DNA of 64,000 nt from Muribaculaceae bacterium (GTDB lineage Bacteria; Bacteroidota; Bacteroidia; Bacteroidales; Muribaculaceae), in contig JAZTZN010000001.1 in NCBI GenBank assembly GCA_045637445.1, positions 6,693-70,692 of the forward strand, in the 5' to 3' direction. The notes below the pieces were generated by a model, which was not told the origin of the DNA, did no database searches, and worked only from the letters and a program-made list of their open reading frames with translations. Below are positions 1-9,233 of the stretch, piece by piece. Position numbers and translations under genes: made by a program. Every line of letters begins with the position of its first letter. Position 1 is the first letter of the stretch.

Positions 1-389
1 TTAACTTTTTTAGTGGAATTATTTGTATTCCAAGATAACAATAAATATCTCCAATTAGACACCCCAAGTTCATTTGAATGATTAAGAAAATCCAGCAATT
101 GTTTTCTTTCTTTACTATTTAACACATCTTCTTTTCCAGTATGATGAAAATATTCTGATGTTTCTATTTTTATACATGTGTGAAATTTATTACCTAATGT
201 AGTTTTATCTACTATATGAAAATGTGGTATATTACCAGGATCATTAGAACGAATATAAATAACTAATGTTTTATTTATATTACCAATTTGAGCCATTTCC
301 ATAAGCATATCATCCCATTCTTTCGTAGGTGTCTTTTCATTCAATGTTTTGCTATTTACAAATTCATTAAAATTCTTAATTTTTTCCAT
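1..389 (-). CDS. hypothetical protein, truncated by the window edge (N-terminal ~129 aa visible)
   Basis: Absent from the ORF track because no stop lies inside the window. A reverse-strand ATG at 389 opens a frame (MEKIKNFNEFVNSKTLNEKTPTKEWDD...NIPHFHIVDK...) that runs uninterrupted to position 1. The DNA is very AT-rich compared with the adjacent SDR gene. Confidence 0.4.
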   Translation of the reverse strand, partial: MEKIKNFNEFVNSKTLNEKTPTKEWDDMLMEMAQIGNINKTLVIYIRSNDPGNIPHFHIVDKTTLGNKFHTCIKIETSEYFHHTGKEDVLNSKERKQLLDFLNHSNELGVSNWRYLLLSWNTNNSTKKV

Positions 390-622
390 ATCTTTATACT
401 TATATATTAATTTTGATATCCTGAATTAGTTATGTGTCTCTATTTATAATTTCTATTATTTTTTAGTCCCAAGTGTAATTCTCTGCTATATCGTGAGCTA
501 GTTCTTTTACACTACCAAGTTTATCAAAGAGTTCGGCAACATTCTTGCTTTCTTCTCGATTTAGGTAATCGCACGCGCAATAGTGTGCGAAACCAAATTC
601 TGCCCTAACTTTGGGCGTAGGG

Positions 623-1279
623 TTAGGATTCGGGCCAGACGAAGTGGGATAGGATTGATTCGCCGCCATCGACTACGATGCTTTGTCCGGTGCAAAATCC
701 GTTGGTGACGGTCAAAAAGTATGCCCATTGTGCTATTTCTTCTGCTGTCGCCCATCGTTTTAATGGCGTCTGGTCCATTATCTCTTGCCAAAGAGCAGGG
801 TCTTCCATTACGCACGAATTGAGCGGTGTCACCACTCCCCCGGGGTCAAGGCTGTTGCAAGTTGCACCATATTTTGCGACACGAAGGGCTACGTTTTTGG
901 TGTAGGCTATCACCCCACCTTTGCTGGCACAATATTCGGGAAATTCTGCGCCTGTGTGTCCGCTGGCAGAGCCAATGTTGAGTATCGAACGGATGCTTGG
1001 CTGAATGCCGTATCTCTCGGTCACGCGTATCAGAGCCTTGAGGTTTGTGTCGATGTCGCTTTCGTTCTGAGTACCGGCATTATTGACGAGCACTTCGACA
1101 TTGTCTATCGCCGGCAATGAGTCGATGTCGCAGATGTCTGCGACGATGTGGGTGTAGCGGGCGTCAACGATTGATGCTTGCCGGCGGTCGATGCCGATGA
1201 CTGTGTGTTGATTGGCCAAGAATAACTCGGCGATAGCTTTGCCGATGCCTTGCGATGTGCCGGTGATGAGTATTTTCAT
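623..1279 (-). CDS. SDR-family short-chain dehydrogenase/reductase
   Basis: N-terminal Rossmann motif MKILITGTSQGIGKAIA, NNAG motif (VLVNNAG) and a YxxxK-type catalytic segment (EYCASKGG). ATG confirmed at 1279. Starts 15 nt downstream of the transporter gene. Confidence 0.85.
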   Translation of the reverse strand: MKILITGTSQGIGKAIAELFLANQHTVIGIDRRQASIVDARYTHIVADICDIDSLPAIDNVEVLVNNAGTQNESDIDTNLKALIRVTERYGIQPSIRSILNIGSASGHTGAEFPEYCASKGGVIAYTKNVALRVAKYGATCNSLDPGGVVTPLNSCVMEDPALWQEIMDQTPLKRWATAEEIAQWAYFLTVTNGFCTGQSIVVDGGESILSHFVWPES

Positions 1280-1294
1280 ATATATATGTGCAAA

Positions 1295-1972
1295 TCAATG
1301 TGAAACTTTGCGAGTGATACGATTTAGTCTGCCGATTACGGCGTAAGCGAGTGGCGTGCCGATGAGAGCTTCGATGCCTACCTTCATCACGTATTGCATG
1401 GCAATCATCAGCAACATGTCGCGCAATGTGATGGTGCCGGCAAATGCGATGACCACAAATGGCACTGTGTCAAGCAGATATGCTATGACCGAACTGCCGA
1501 TGGTTCTAAGCCACAGAAGCCGACTGCCGGTGATGCGTTTAATCCTATCCATCAGCCAAGCGTTGGACAATTCTCCCAAGAGAAATCCGACGAGTGATGC
1601 GATGACGATGCGTGGCACGTATGTGAAGATAGTGTTGTAGGCGACGGCTGTCGAATCAAGGTAATCGGGCGAAGGAAGCCACACGCCGATTTGTGTGCAG
1701 ACGACCATGATGAGATTGCAGACAAACGTCAGATAGATAACTCGTCGGGCTGTGCGATAGCCCCATATCTCGGTTAAGACATCGCCAAGCATATAGGCAA
1801 AAGGGAATGTAATAGTGCCGGCATCGAAATAAAACAGATTGAATATGCCGATGACCTTTACAGCCATAATGTTTGACACCAGATAACTTGTGACGAAAAG
1901 TGCCACAACGATGATGAGCGATAATTCGCTCCTATCTCGGTTTTTTAAAGGGTTTTCCGAAACCTTTTCCAT
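1295..1972 (-). CDS. yhhQ: queuosine-precursor transporter (YhhQ/DUF165 family)
   Basis: Polytopic membrane protein with the family-typical stretch FDAGTITFPFAYMLGDVLTEIWGYRTARRVIYL. The track start at 2047 is a TTG. I prefer the ATG at 1972 (MEKVSENPL...) because a TAACTTTG -7 box lies at 2005-2012 on this strand. Confidence 0.8.
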   Translation of the reverse strand: MEKVSENPLKNRDRSELSLIIVVALFVTSYLVSNIMAVKVIGIFNLFYFDAGTITFPFAYMLGDVLTEIWGYRTARRVIYLTFVCNLIMVVCTQIGVWLPSPDYLDSTAVAYNTIFTYVPRIVIASLVGFLLGELSNAWLMDRIKRITGSRLLWLRTIGSSVIAYLLDTVPFVVIAFAGTITLRDMLLMIAMQYVMKVGIEALIGTPLAYAVIGRLNRITRKVSH

Positions 1973-2004
1973 AACTAAAATGCTCTTTAGAATAAAATTC
2001 ATTG

Positions 2005-2012
2005 CAAAGTTA
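2005..2012 (-). promoter_or_regulatory. Bacteroidetes-type -7 promoter box (TAACTTTG) upstream of the yhhQ-like gene
   Basis: The plus strand reads caaagtta, which matches TAnnTTTG on the minus strand about 33 nt upstream of the ATG at 1972. Confidence 0.4.
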
Positions 2013-2227
2013 ATCAAATCTTCCGAAATACGCGCACCGACCTTCAACGTAATTCCTCAACAACATCCTCCTCTACCTTAAATTTACCCTCATCGGCAAA
2101 CTCCCCGCCGGAAAGCCAAATCCGGCCATAGAAAATATTATTCGGATGCTGCAAACAATTTTGCGTGTCCGAATGTTTTATTCAATGAATTAACTCAGCA
2201 TTATTAATCAAATAAAAAGAAAACGAC

Positions 2228-2764
2228 ATGAAGAAAATTTTACTTGCAATAATCGTTGCAATGACAGCAGTGGCAGCAAATGCTCAATTTTGGATTGGTG
2301 GCTCATTTGGCCTTAATTTCATAAAGCCTGATTACTCCAATTCTGATGTAATTACCAGCTTAACCATTGCTCCGGAAGTGGGTTATAAAATCAACGACAA
2401 ATGGGATGTCGCTGTAGCTCTCAACGAATCATTTATCGCAACCGATGGAGAATTTTATAACTCTTTCTCATTTGAGCCATACGCACGCTACACTTTTGCA
2501 AAAGCAGGCATCGCATCATTCTTCGTTGATGGCGGTTTTGGTGTCGGAGCGACAGGATTTGAAGGAGATGATTTGTTTGACGACTCAAGATTTAATTTCT
2601 ACCTCGGCTTCCGTCCGGGCGTAAACATCGCTCTTTCTGAAAAGGTAGGCATGGTGGCAAAACTTGGCTTCATCGGCTATGAGTTTGTTGACGACGCATA
2701 CCATGCTTTCGGTATCAACCTCAACAACAGCCCGTTGACATTCGGTATGTACTATAATTTTTAA
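2228..2764 (+). CDS. outer-membrane beta-barrel (OmpW/porin-like) protein
   Basis: Signal peptide [20 protein letters not shown], alternating aromatic/glycine beta-strand pattern, and a C-terminal aromatic residue (YYNF). Confidence 0.7.
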   Translation: MKKILLAIIVAMTAVAANAQFWIGGSFGLNFIKPDYSNSDVITSLTIAPEVGYKINDKWDVAVALNESFIATDGEFYNSFSFEPYARYTFAKAGIASFFVDGGFGVGATGFEGDDLFDDSRFNFYLGFRPGVNIALSEKVGMVAKLGFIGYEFVDDAYHAFGINLNNSPLTFGMYYNF

Positions 2765-2799
2765 TCAATAATATTTTAAACAAAAAACAAGTAAGAACT

Positions 2800-2979
2800 A
2801 TGGAATTAAAAGATAAAGTATTGGCAACAATGAAGGAGGCAGGCACTCCTCTCAACGCAGGTAAAATCGCTGAACTCAGCGGATTGGACCGCAAAGAAGT
2901 AGATAAAGCGATGAAGGCTCTCAAAGAAGAAGGTGCAATCGTATCGCCGGTTCGTTGCAAATGGGCTCCTGCAGAATAA
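2800..2979 (+). CDS. small winged-helix DNA-binding-like protein (59 aa, below the ORF-track cutoff)
   Basis: Translated by hand as [62 protein letters not shown] at 2800 and TAA at 2977-2979. A strong hairpin terminator follows. The layout is typical of small MarR/wHTH-like proteins. Confidence 0.55.
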   Translation: MELKDKVLATMKEAGTPLNAGKIAELSGLDRKEVDKAMKALKEEGAIVSPVRCKWAPAE

Positions 2980-3010
2980 TCGCAAACCCCTATAAGCAAA
3001 TCAATAATCA

Positions 3011-3047
3011 AAATGAGCGATTCCATTAAAGGTTTCGCTCATTTTTT
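3011..3047 (+). terminator. rho-independent terminator (possibly bidirectional)
   Basis: Stem aaatgagcga (3011-3020) pairs with tcgctcattt (3035-3044). It is followed by a T-run and preceded by an A-run. It sits between convergent genes. Confidence 0.7.
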
Positions 3048-3093
3048 GTATCTTACGCCGACTATCAGTCAGCCACATTGCATTATGACGATG

Positions 3094-3279
3094 TCACCAA
3101 ATACGATTAGTCGTCGGATTATATTCAAAGCCTCCTTTCGCAAGCGCCGCGACTATTTGGTCGTGGTCCATATCCAACGCATCACACAACTCTTGCAACG
3201 AGCCATAACCTTCGTCACGAAATTTCATGTTGATAAAACTCATCAACATCGCAGGGTCTTTTGGGAAATCCGCATTCAT
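3094..3279 (-). CDS. DUF4250-family small protein
   Basis: 61-aa protein MNADFPKDPAMLMSFINMKFRDEGYGSLQELCDALDMD..., recognised as the DUF4250 pattern. Confidence 0.7.
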   Translation of the reverse strand: MNADFPKDPAMLMSFINMKFRDEGYGSLQELCDALDMDHDQIVAALAKGGFEYNPTTNRIW

Positions 3280-3313
3280 GATTTAGTCTATAGTTTAGCA
3301 ACCTAACACTGCA

Positions 3314-4588
3314 TTACTTCAATTCGGGAGTATTTTCCACTGTGCGCCAGATGTATAGGCGATCGTTCGGACGCACACGCTCAGGCACAGGGATTGAGAA
3401 TCGGTCGCCTTTGACAGCCTTTTCGACTGCTTGCAAATCGACACGTATCTCATCGACTTTGAAGATTAGAGCGCCTGTCGTCGGACCGGTGATGACCACC
3501 TCATCGCCCACAGCCAACTCGCTGCTTTCGAGCTTGAATTCTGCCACCCCGATTTTTGAAAAATATCTTATCGCCTTCGCCGCATAAACTTTGACACGAG
3601 AAGATGAAGGACCATACTTCGAGCTCCATTCGCCCAAACGCTGACCGAGATAGTATCCGTCCCAGAAACCACGATTGAAGACACGACTCAAACGTTCATC
3701 CCACTGCGCAATTTTTTCTTCGTCGTATGTGCCATCGCAAATCGCTTGAAGAGCCTGATTGTAGCACTCCACCACTTCCTTTACATACTCCGGTCCGCGT
3801 GCACGACCTTCGATTTTGAACACTCTGACTCCGGCATCGACCATCTTATTGAGGAAATGAATCGTCTTAAGATCCTTCGGCGACATGATATATTGGTTAT
3901 CTACCTCAAGCTCTTGACCGGTGTCCTTATCGGTCACGACGTATGCACGACGGCAAATTTGGTTGCAAGCGCCACGATTTGCACTTGAATTCATTTGGTG
4001 CAAACTCATATAGCACTTGCCACTGACAGCCATACACAATGCACCATGACAGAACATCTCGATGCGCACAGGCTCCCCATTCGGGCCCTTGATGTTTTCG
4101 TCACGTATTTGATCCGTGATGCCTTTCACTTGCTCCATATTCAACTCGCGAGCAAGCACCATAACATCGGCAAATTGCGAATAGAAACGCACAGCATCTG
4201 TATTTGCCACATTGACCTGAGTCGAGATGTGAACTTCCTGACCGATTTGACGCGCATAAAGAATTGCAGCCATATCGGCAGAAATGATAGCAGAAATGCC
4301 TGCTTGCTTGGCACGATCGATGATATTGTGAAGCAACGAAATATCAGAATCATAGACCACCGTATTTACTGTCAGATAGGATTTTACCCCATGACGATTA
4401 CATTCGGCAACGATATTGTCCATATCGTCCATAGTGAAATTTGCACTCGAACGAGAACGCATATTCAAACCCTCGATACCGAAATAGACAGCATCAGCAC
4501 CCGCGCTGAGAGCAGCAGCCAACGACTCCCAACTACCGACGGGAGCCATTATCTCAAAATCTTTGCGTCTTAACATATTCTTATCCAT
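3314..4588 (-). CDS. U32-family peptidase (collagenase-like)
   Basis: N-terminal MAPVGSWESLAAALSAGADAVYFG and a central E..CHGALC....G.C motif (EMFCHGALCMAVSGKCYMS), both typical of peptidase U32. Confidence 0.9.
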   Translation of the reverse strand: MDKNMLRRKDFEIMAPVGSWESLAAALSAGADAVYFGIEGLNMRSRSSANFTMDDMDNIVAECNRHGVKSYLTVNTVVYDSDISLLHNIIDRAKQAGISAIISADMAAILYARQIGQEVHISTQVNVANTDAVRFYSQFADVMVLARELNMEQVKGITDQIRDENIKGPNGEPVRIEMFCHGALCMAVSGKCYMSLHQMNSSANRGACNQICRRAYVVTDKDTGQELEVDNQYIMSPKDLKTIHFLNKMVDAGVRVFKIEGRARGPEYVKEVVECYNQALQAICDGTYDEEKIAQWDERLSRVFNRGFWDGYYLGQRLGEWSSKYGPSSSRVKVYAAKAIRYFSKIGVAEFKLESSELAVGDEVVITGPTTGALIFKVDEIRVDLQAVEKAVKGDRFSIPVPERVRPNDRLYIWRTVENTPELK

Positions 4589-4594
4589 TAGAGA

Positions 4595-4866
4595 CTACAA
4601 AGTTAAGCAAACGAGAGCAGAGAGCAAAATAAAAAACGCAGTTTTTAGATTTTGCCTATGCGGAGTGCAGCAGAACTTATCAAAAGTTAGTGCAAGGTGA
4701 GCGAAGAAGCAAACTTGTTTGCATTTTTTCGAACCGCCGCCTAACTTGGACTCTGTCAAAGTTAAGCAAACGAGAGCAGAATACCAAATGAAACTTGTAA
4801 AGAATGGTACACCCCTCTTGGCTCTCGCCCTGCGAGTGCCGAGTGCAGCCGAACTTATCAAAAGTT
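4595..4866. repeat. dispersed composite intergenic repeat, copy 1 (inverted relative to copies 2 and 3)
   Basis: The reverse complement aligns in blocks with 31690-31883 and 60193-60424. Shared blocks include aacttttgataagttcggctgcactcggcactcgcagggcgagagccaagagggg, ttctgctctcgtttgcttaactttg and ccaagttaggcggcggttcg..gcaaacaagtttgctt.ttcgctcaccttgcactaacttt. Confidence 0.85.
4598..4605 (-). promoter_or_regulatory. TAACTTTG -7-like box at the inner end of the dispersed repeat, facing the U32 peptidase gene
   Basis: The plus strand reads caaagtta, 9 nt from the ATG at 4588. A second identical unit lies about 160 bp further upstream, so which box is used (if any) is unknown. Confidence 0.3.
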
Positions 4867-4985
4867 TATAAATCATCACAATGCAATTCATAGAAGTCCT
4901 CTTTAATTACTATATGTATATAGCAACTATAAAATAATGATAGACTGTTATACTTGATTTCAGATAAAAGCAGTATATTTGCAAT

Positions 4986-6041
4986 ATGAAACAGATGCAG
5001 ATGCATAATAGCACAGATATTGTTGCCGATATTAAGCAGATTATCGAGCAGGCAAGAAAACAGGCTTACTCGTCGATTAACACATTGATGATACAATCAA
5101 ATTGGTTGGTAGGACGTCGTATTGTAGAGGAAGAACAAGGTGGAAATTCACGAGCAGAGTATGGCAAAGCCTTGTTGAAAAATCTTGCCACTGAGTTGAT
5201 GCCGATATATGGCAATTCATATTCTGTTCGCCGTTTGCAGGATTATCGTCAGTTTTACTTGTATTTCAAGGATATAGAGATTTGGCACTCGCGAGTGCCA
5301 AATCTTACTTGGACTCATTATCGAGAATTGCTTACGGTCAGTGATGAGATTGCTCGCCAATGGTATATGTTGGAGGCGGCAAAAGAGATGTGGAGCGTAA
5401 GAACACTTCACCGCAATATATCATCGCAATACTACTATCGTTTGTTGCAGTCGCAAACAAAAGATATGATAATAGATGAGATGAAGCGGATTACAGCGCC
5501 TATGCAAGGCGACAAGCTGGAGTTTATAAAGAATCCTGTTGTCGCAGAGTTTTTAGGGTTGGCTCAAAATACTAAATTCTCTGAAACTGAATTGGAAAAT
5601 GCAATTATCACCCACCTTCAAAAGTTTATTATGGAGTTGGGAAAAGGTTTTGCTTTTGTCGCTCGTCAGCAGCATATCCGAACCGATATGGGCGACTTTT
5701 ATATCGACCTTGTGTTCTATAACTACATTCTCAAATGCTTTATGCTTGTCGATTTGAAAACGGAGCAAATAAGTCATCAGGATGTAGGACAAATGGATAT
5801 GTATATAAGAATGTACGATAGTCTAAGACGGACAGAAGGGGATAATCCTACAATAGGACTAATACTTTGCTCTCGCACAAGTGAGGATATGGCGCGATAC
5901 TCTATGCTCAAAGACAATGACAGATTGTTTCAAGCAAAGTACCTCACATTCTTACCCACAAAAGAAGAACTATCAAATGAGATAGAGCGTCAGAAAATGA
6001 TATTCAGATTGCAGCAAGAAAATAACACTCCCGAAGAATAA
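4986..6041 (+). CDS. PDDEXK nuclease-domain protein (YhcG/DUF1016 family)
   Basis: The N-terminal helical region (IIEQARKQAYSSINTLMIQSNWLVGRRIVEEEQGG..AEYGKALLKNLA) and the C-terminal D...(D/E)LK nuclease core (DLVFYNYILKCFMLVDLK) are characteristic of DUF1016. Confidence 0.8.
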   Translation: MKQMQMHNSTDIVADIKQIIEQARKQAYSSINTLMIQSNWLVGRRIVEEEQGGNSRAEYGKALLKNLATELMPIYGNSYSVRRLQDYRQFYLYFKDIEIWHSRVPNLTWTHYRELLTVSDEIARQWYMLEAAKEMWSVRTLHRNISSQYYYRLLQSQTKDMIIDEMKRITAPMQGDKLEFIKNPVVAEFLGLAQNTKFSETELENAIITHLQKFIMELGKGFAFVARQQHIRTDMGDFYIDLVFYNYILKCFMLVDLKTEQISHQDVGQMDMYIRMYDSLRRTEGDNPTIGLILCSRTSEDMARYSMLKDNDRLFQAKYLTFLPTKEELSNEIERQKMIFRLQQENNTPEE

Positions 6042-6195
6042 TAAATAGGGAGTGTTTCTGTATATACTAAATTATTACTGTCCGGTAAACATGTGACAGA
6101 GCTTGTCATCACTCATTTCTTTGTGTGACAAGCACCCATTGTTAATTTTCGGTGTTGCTATTACACTATTACAAAATACGGCATATAACAGTTGT

Positions 6196-6236
6196 CGAAA
6201 AAACGGGTAAGACCTCATCAGAAGCCTTACCCGTTT
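6196..6236 (-). terminator. rho-independent terminator downstream of the nfnAB-like operon
   Basis: 10-bp stem aacgggtaag (6202-6211) pairs with cttacccgtt (6226-6235). The minus-strand transcript would end in a U-run (plus-strand A-run at 6197-6201). Confidence 0.75.
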
Positions 6237-6275
6237 CGGAGTCTATAATGAATTGTTTTATTATATTGCGCAGGA

Positions 6276-7667
6276 TTATTTTTTCTCGCTGATGTATTGA
6301 TGGATTGCTTTTGCGGCTTTACGACCGGCACCCATTGCGAGGATAACTGTCGCAGCACCTGTCACAGCATCACCACCGGCAAAGACACCTTCGCGTGAAG
6401 TCTGACCCATTTCGTCTGCAACGATGCAGCCGCGACGATTTGTTTCAAGACCTTTCGTTGTCGCTTTAATCAATGGGTTAGGAGATGTTCCGAGAGCCAT
6501 GATTACCACGTCACATTCGATACGGAAGTCGCTGCCTTCTTTAGTTACAGGCGAACGGCGTCCGCTTTCGTCCGGTTCGCCAAGTTCCATTTCTACACAG
6601 TTGATAGCTTCCACCCATCCTTTTTCGTTGCCGATGATTTCGGTAGGGTTTGTAAGCATTTTGAAGACGATGCCTTCTTCTTTAGCGTGGTGCACTTCTT
6701 CGACGCGAGCCGGGAGTTCGGCTTCGCTACGACGATAGACGATGTAGGCATCAGCGCCGAGGCGTTTTGCTGTGCGCACAGCATCCATAGCCACGTTGCC
6801 ACCACCCACTACCACGACACGTTTTCCTGTGTAGATCGGTGTGTCATACTCGTCGTCGTATGCTTTCATGAGGTTAGCGCGAGTAAGGAATTCGTTTGCT
6901 GAGAATACGCCATTGAGGTTTTCACCCGGTATGCCCATAAAGCGAGGAAGTCCGGCACCTGAACCGACAAAGACAGCATCGAATCCGTCGCGATCCAAGA
7001 GGTCGTCGATAGTCATTGTGCGGCCGACGATAACGTCAGTCTCAATTTCAACGCCGAGTTTTTTCACAGCTTCCACCTCTTTAGCGACGATGACATCTTT
7101 CGGGAGACGGAATTCCGGAATACCATAGACGAGCACGCCACCCACTTTGTGCAAAGCTTCGAAGATTTTCACTTCGTAGCCAAGACGAGCGAGGTCAGAA
7201 GCGCAAGCGAGACCTGAAGGGCCTGAGCCAACGACAGCGACACGATGGCCGTTCTTTTCAATCACCGGAGCAGGCACGCTGTCAGCATTAGCGATACGCC
7301 AGTCGCCAACGTAGCGTTCGAGCTTACCGATAGCCACCGGTTCGCCTTTGATGCCGAGCACGCAAGAGCCTTCACATTGGCTTTCTTGAGGGCATACACG
7401 TCCGCAAACGCTTGGCAAAGAGCTGTCCTTAGCGATAGTGTCGGCAGCTGATTGAAGGTTGCCTTCTGTGATGTGTTGAATGAATTGTGGTATGTTGATT
7501 GACACCGGGCATGCTTGCACACAGCGTGGATTTTTGCAATTTAAGCAGCGAGAAGCTTCGAGTGCCGCTTCTTGATCGTTGTAGCCGTAGCATACTTCTT
7601 CGAAATTGGCAGCGCGCACTTTTGGGTCTTGTTCGCGCACCGGAACGCGTGGAATTCTGTTAGCCAT
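6276..7667 (-). CDS. nfnB: NADPH-dependent glutamate-synthase-small-subunit-like oxidoreductase (NfnB type)
   Basis: N-terminal Cys clusters (CLNCKNPRCVQACP, CGRVCPQESQCEGSC), then FAD and NAD(P) GxGxxG motifs (VVGSGPSGLA, VVGGGNVAMD). Overlaps the upstream PyrK-like gene by 8 nt. Confidence 0.85.
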   Translation of the reverse strand: MANRIPRVPVREQDPKVRAANFEEVCYGYNDQEAALEASRCLNCKNPRCVQACPVSINIPQFIQHITEGNLQSAADTIAKDSSLPSVCGRVCPQESQCEGSCVLGIKGEPVAIGKLERYVGDWRIANADSVPAPVIEKNGHRVAVVGSGPSGLACASDLARLGYEVKIFEALHKVGGVLVYGIPEFRLPKDVIVAKEVEAVKKLGVEIETDVIVGRTMTIDDLLDRDGFDAVFVGSGAGLPRFMGIPGENLNGVFSANEFLTRANLMKAYDDEYDTPIYTGKRVVVVGGGNVAMDAVRTAKRLGADAYIVYRRSEAELPARVEEVHHAKEEGIVFKMLTNPTEIIGNEKGWVEAINCVEMELGEPDESGRRSPVTKEGSDFRIECDVVIMALGTSPNPLIKATTKGLETNRRGCIVADEMGQTSREGVFAGGDAVTGAATVILAMGAGRKAAKAIHQYISEKK

Positions 7668-8514
7668 GGCAATTACATTTATGTGTTTCTGGATTTGTCT
7701 TTTTATTATCTCTATACATTGCTTGACGGCGCATTGCTTCGTCGAAATCTACTTGGTGGCCGTCAAACTCCGGACCGTCAACACAAGTAAACAAAGTCTT
7801 GCCTCCGACGCTTACACGACAAGCGCCACACATGCCTGTGCCATCGACCATCAACGCATTAAGCGACACGATAGTCGGGATGTCGTATTTCTTGGTGGTC
7901 AAAGCAGCAAACTTCATCATAATCATCGGACCGATGATTACGCAAGTGTCATACTTTTTACCCTCGTTTTCCACAAGATGCTCCATCAAACCTGTCACCA
8001 TGCCATGGAAACCTTCAGAACCATCGTCGGTGCAAAGATAGACATTACCCACCTTGCGCATCGGCTCAACGTATGTGAATAGGTCTTTAGTCTTGGCGCC
8101 GATAATCACGTCAGCCTCGATGCCACGCTCAGCAAGCCATTTCACTTGCGGATAGACAGGCGCTGTGCCCACACCACCGGCAACAAAAAGAAAACGTTTC
8201 TTCTTAAGCTCCTCGATATCCTCATTGACCATTTCAGAAGGTTGACCAAGAGGACCGGCAAAGTCGGCAAAACAATCGCCAACATTGAGGTCGCAAATCT
8301 TTTGTGATGAAATACCCACAATCTGAGTTACAATTGTGACTGTTCCTTCATTTGCGTCATAGTCGCAGATGGTCAAGGGGATACGTTCTCCCTGTTCATC
8401 TGTGCGCACAATGATAAACTGACCCGGAAGTGCCGACTGCGCCACACGCGGAGCCTTCACCTTCATCTCAAAAATGTTATGGGCCAATTCATTTTTTTCA
8501 ACTATTTCAAACAT
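7660..8514 (-). CDS. nfnA: sulfide/dihydroorotate-dehydrogenase-like FAD/NAD-binding protein (NfnA type)
   Basis: PyrK-like ferredoxin reductase fold (RIPLTICD, GGVGTAP) with a C-terminal 2Fe-2S Cys cluster (DGTGMCGACRV). Translationally coupled to the GltD-like gene, as in NfnAB. Confidence 0.85.
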   Translation of the reverse strand: MFEIVEKNELAHNIFEMKVKAPRVAQSALPGQFIIVRTDEQGERIPLTICDYDANEGTVTIVTQIVGISSQKICDLNVGDCFADFAGPLGQPSEMVNEDIEELKKKRFLFVAGGVGTAPVYPQVKWLAERGIEADVIIGAKTKDLFTYVEPMRKVGNVYLCTDDGSEGFHGMVTGLMEHLVENEGKKYDTCVIIGPMIMMKFAALTTKKYDIPTIVSLNALMVDGTGMCGACRVSVGGKTLFTCVDGPEFDGHQVDFDEAMRRQAMYRDNKKTNPETHKCNCHG

Positions 8515-8651
8515 AATCGGCTGTATAGTAATTAATTAATTTTGATTTCGTTTCATATTATTTTGCAAAAGCAATGGAGCTTTACCAAATCTGCTGTCGC
8601 TTTGTGTCTTAACGAGGCGCGTAAGTAATTGCTTTTCTTGATTTTGCGATG

Positions 8652-8659
8652 CAAAGTTA
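8652..8659 (-). promoter_or_regulatory. candidate -7 box (TAACTTTG) upstream of nfnA
   Basis: The plus strand reads caaagtta, about 140 nt upstream of the ATG at 8514. This is a motif match only. Confidence 0.25.
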
Positions 8660-9233
8660 GTCATTTTCCTCCACCTCACAAAATTTTAATCACCCTCCTT
8701 TACTTTATGCTTTCGTTAAAACTTTGTCAGGCTGTTTATAACAACTTAGATTAATTGTAATTCTCTATGATTTTCACGATTTCACCATCTTTCCACGAAG
8801 CCGTCAAAGCTGACATTGCTATCGCAATCCATAACAAATACTTTTTCATCTGCCACTATTTTTTTAGACCTATAAGTCAAAATCTCATTTTTATCGTAAC
8901 ACTCATTACGATAGTGTAAATATACAAATAATTTTGTCATCTACGCAAGAATTCTTACAAAAATATTTCTCTTTCAATCAAACAGTTGCTCAAACAGTTG
9001 CTCTCAGCACCTCACCATGCGGTCGGTCCTCCGGACGGCCACATCGCCTCGAGCCTATATGGCGTCAAAAAAGGGTTAAATTCGGTTTTATCCTTTTGAT
9101 TAAATATTTGTGTTAATTTAATAAAATAAATATTAAAATCCAATTATTTGGCACTATTTTATCGCAAAAGTTTTTTAACTTTAGCAAATTTTTATTGTCT
9201 ATACAATTTCTAATGAATTCAATATTTTAAATT

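Noticed and set aside
463-669. 68-aa minus-strand ORF (MAANQSYPTSSGPNPNPTPK...) overlapping the 3' end of the SDR gene
   Set aside because: It overlaps the SDR coding end by 47 nt, spans the compositional break and has a low-complexity N-terminus. It might be a remnant, but there is not enough support to call a gene.
1973-2227. preQ1 riboswitch upstream of the YhhQ-type queuosine-precursor transporter
   Set aside because: With the -7 box at 2005-2012 the leader would be only about 25 nt, and I could not see the conserved preQ1 aptamer features. An Rfam scan would settle it.
3995-4573. 192-aa plus-strand ORF antisense to the U32 peptidase gene
   Set aside because: It is antisense to a confidently identified gene and has no motifs.
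4595-4891. 98-aa ORF, plus 60226-60417 (+) and 60214-60429 (-), which share peptides such as ISSAALGTRRARAKRG
   Set aside because: The shared peptide comes from the dispersed DNA repeat read in one frame. The ORFs lie wholly inside the intergenic repeat copies, so I treat them as non-coding.
8934-9116. 60-aa plus-strand ORF upstream of the first GLUG gene
   Set aside because: It has no recognisable features and sits in an intergenic region that contains duplicated 12-mers (caaacagttgct x2) and GC-rich hairpin-like motifs shared with other intergenic regions.
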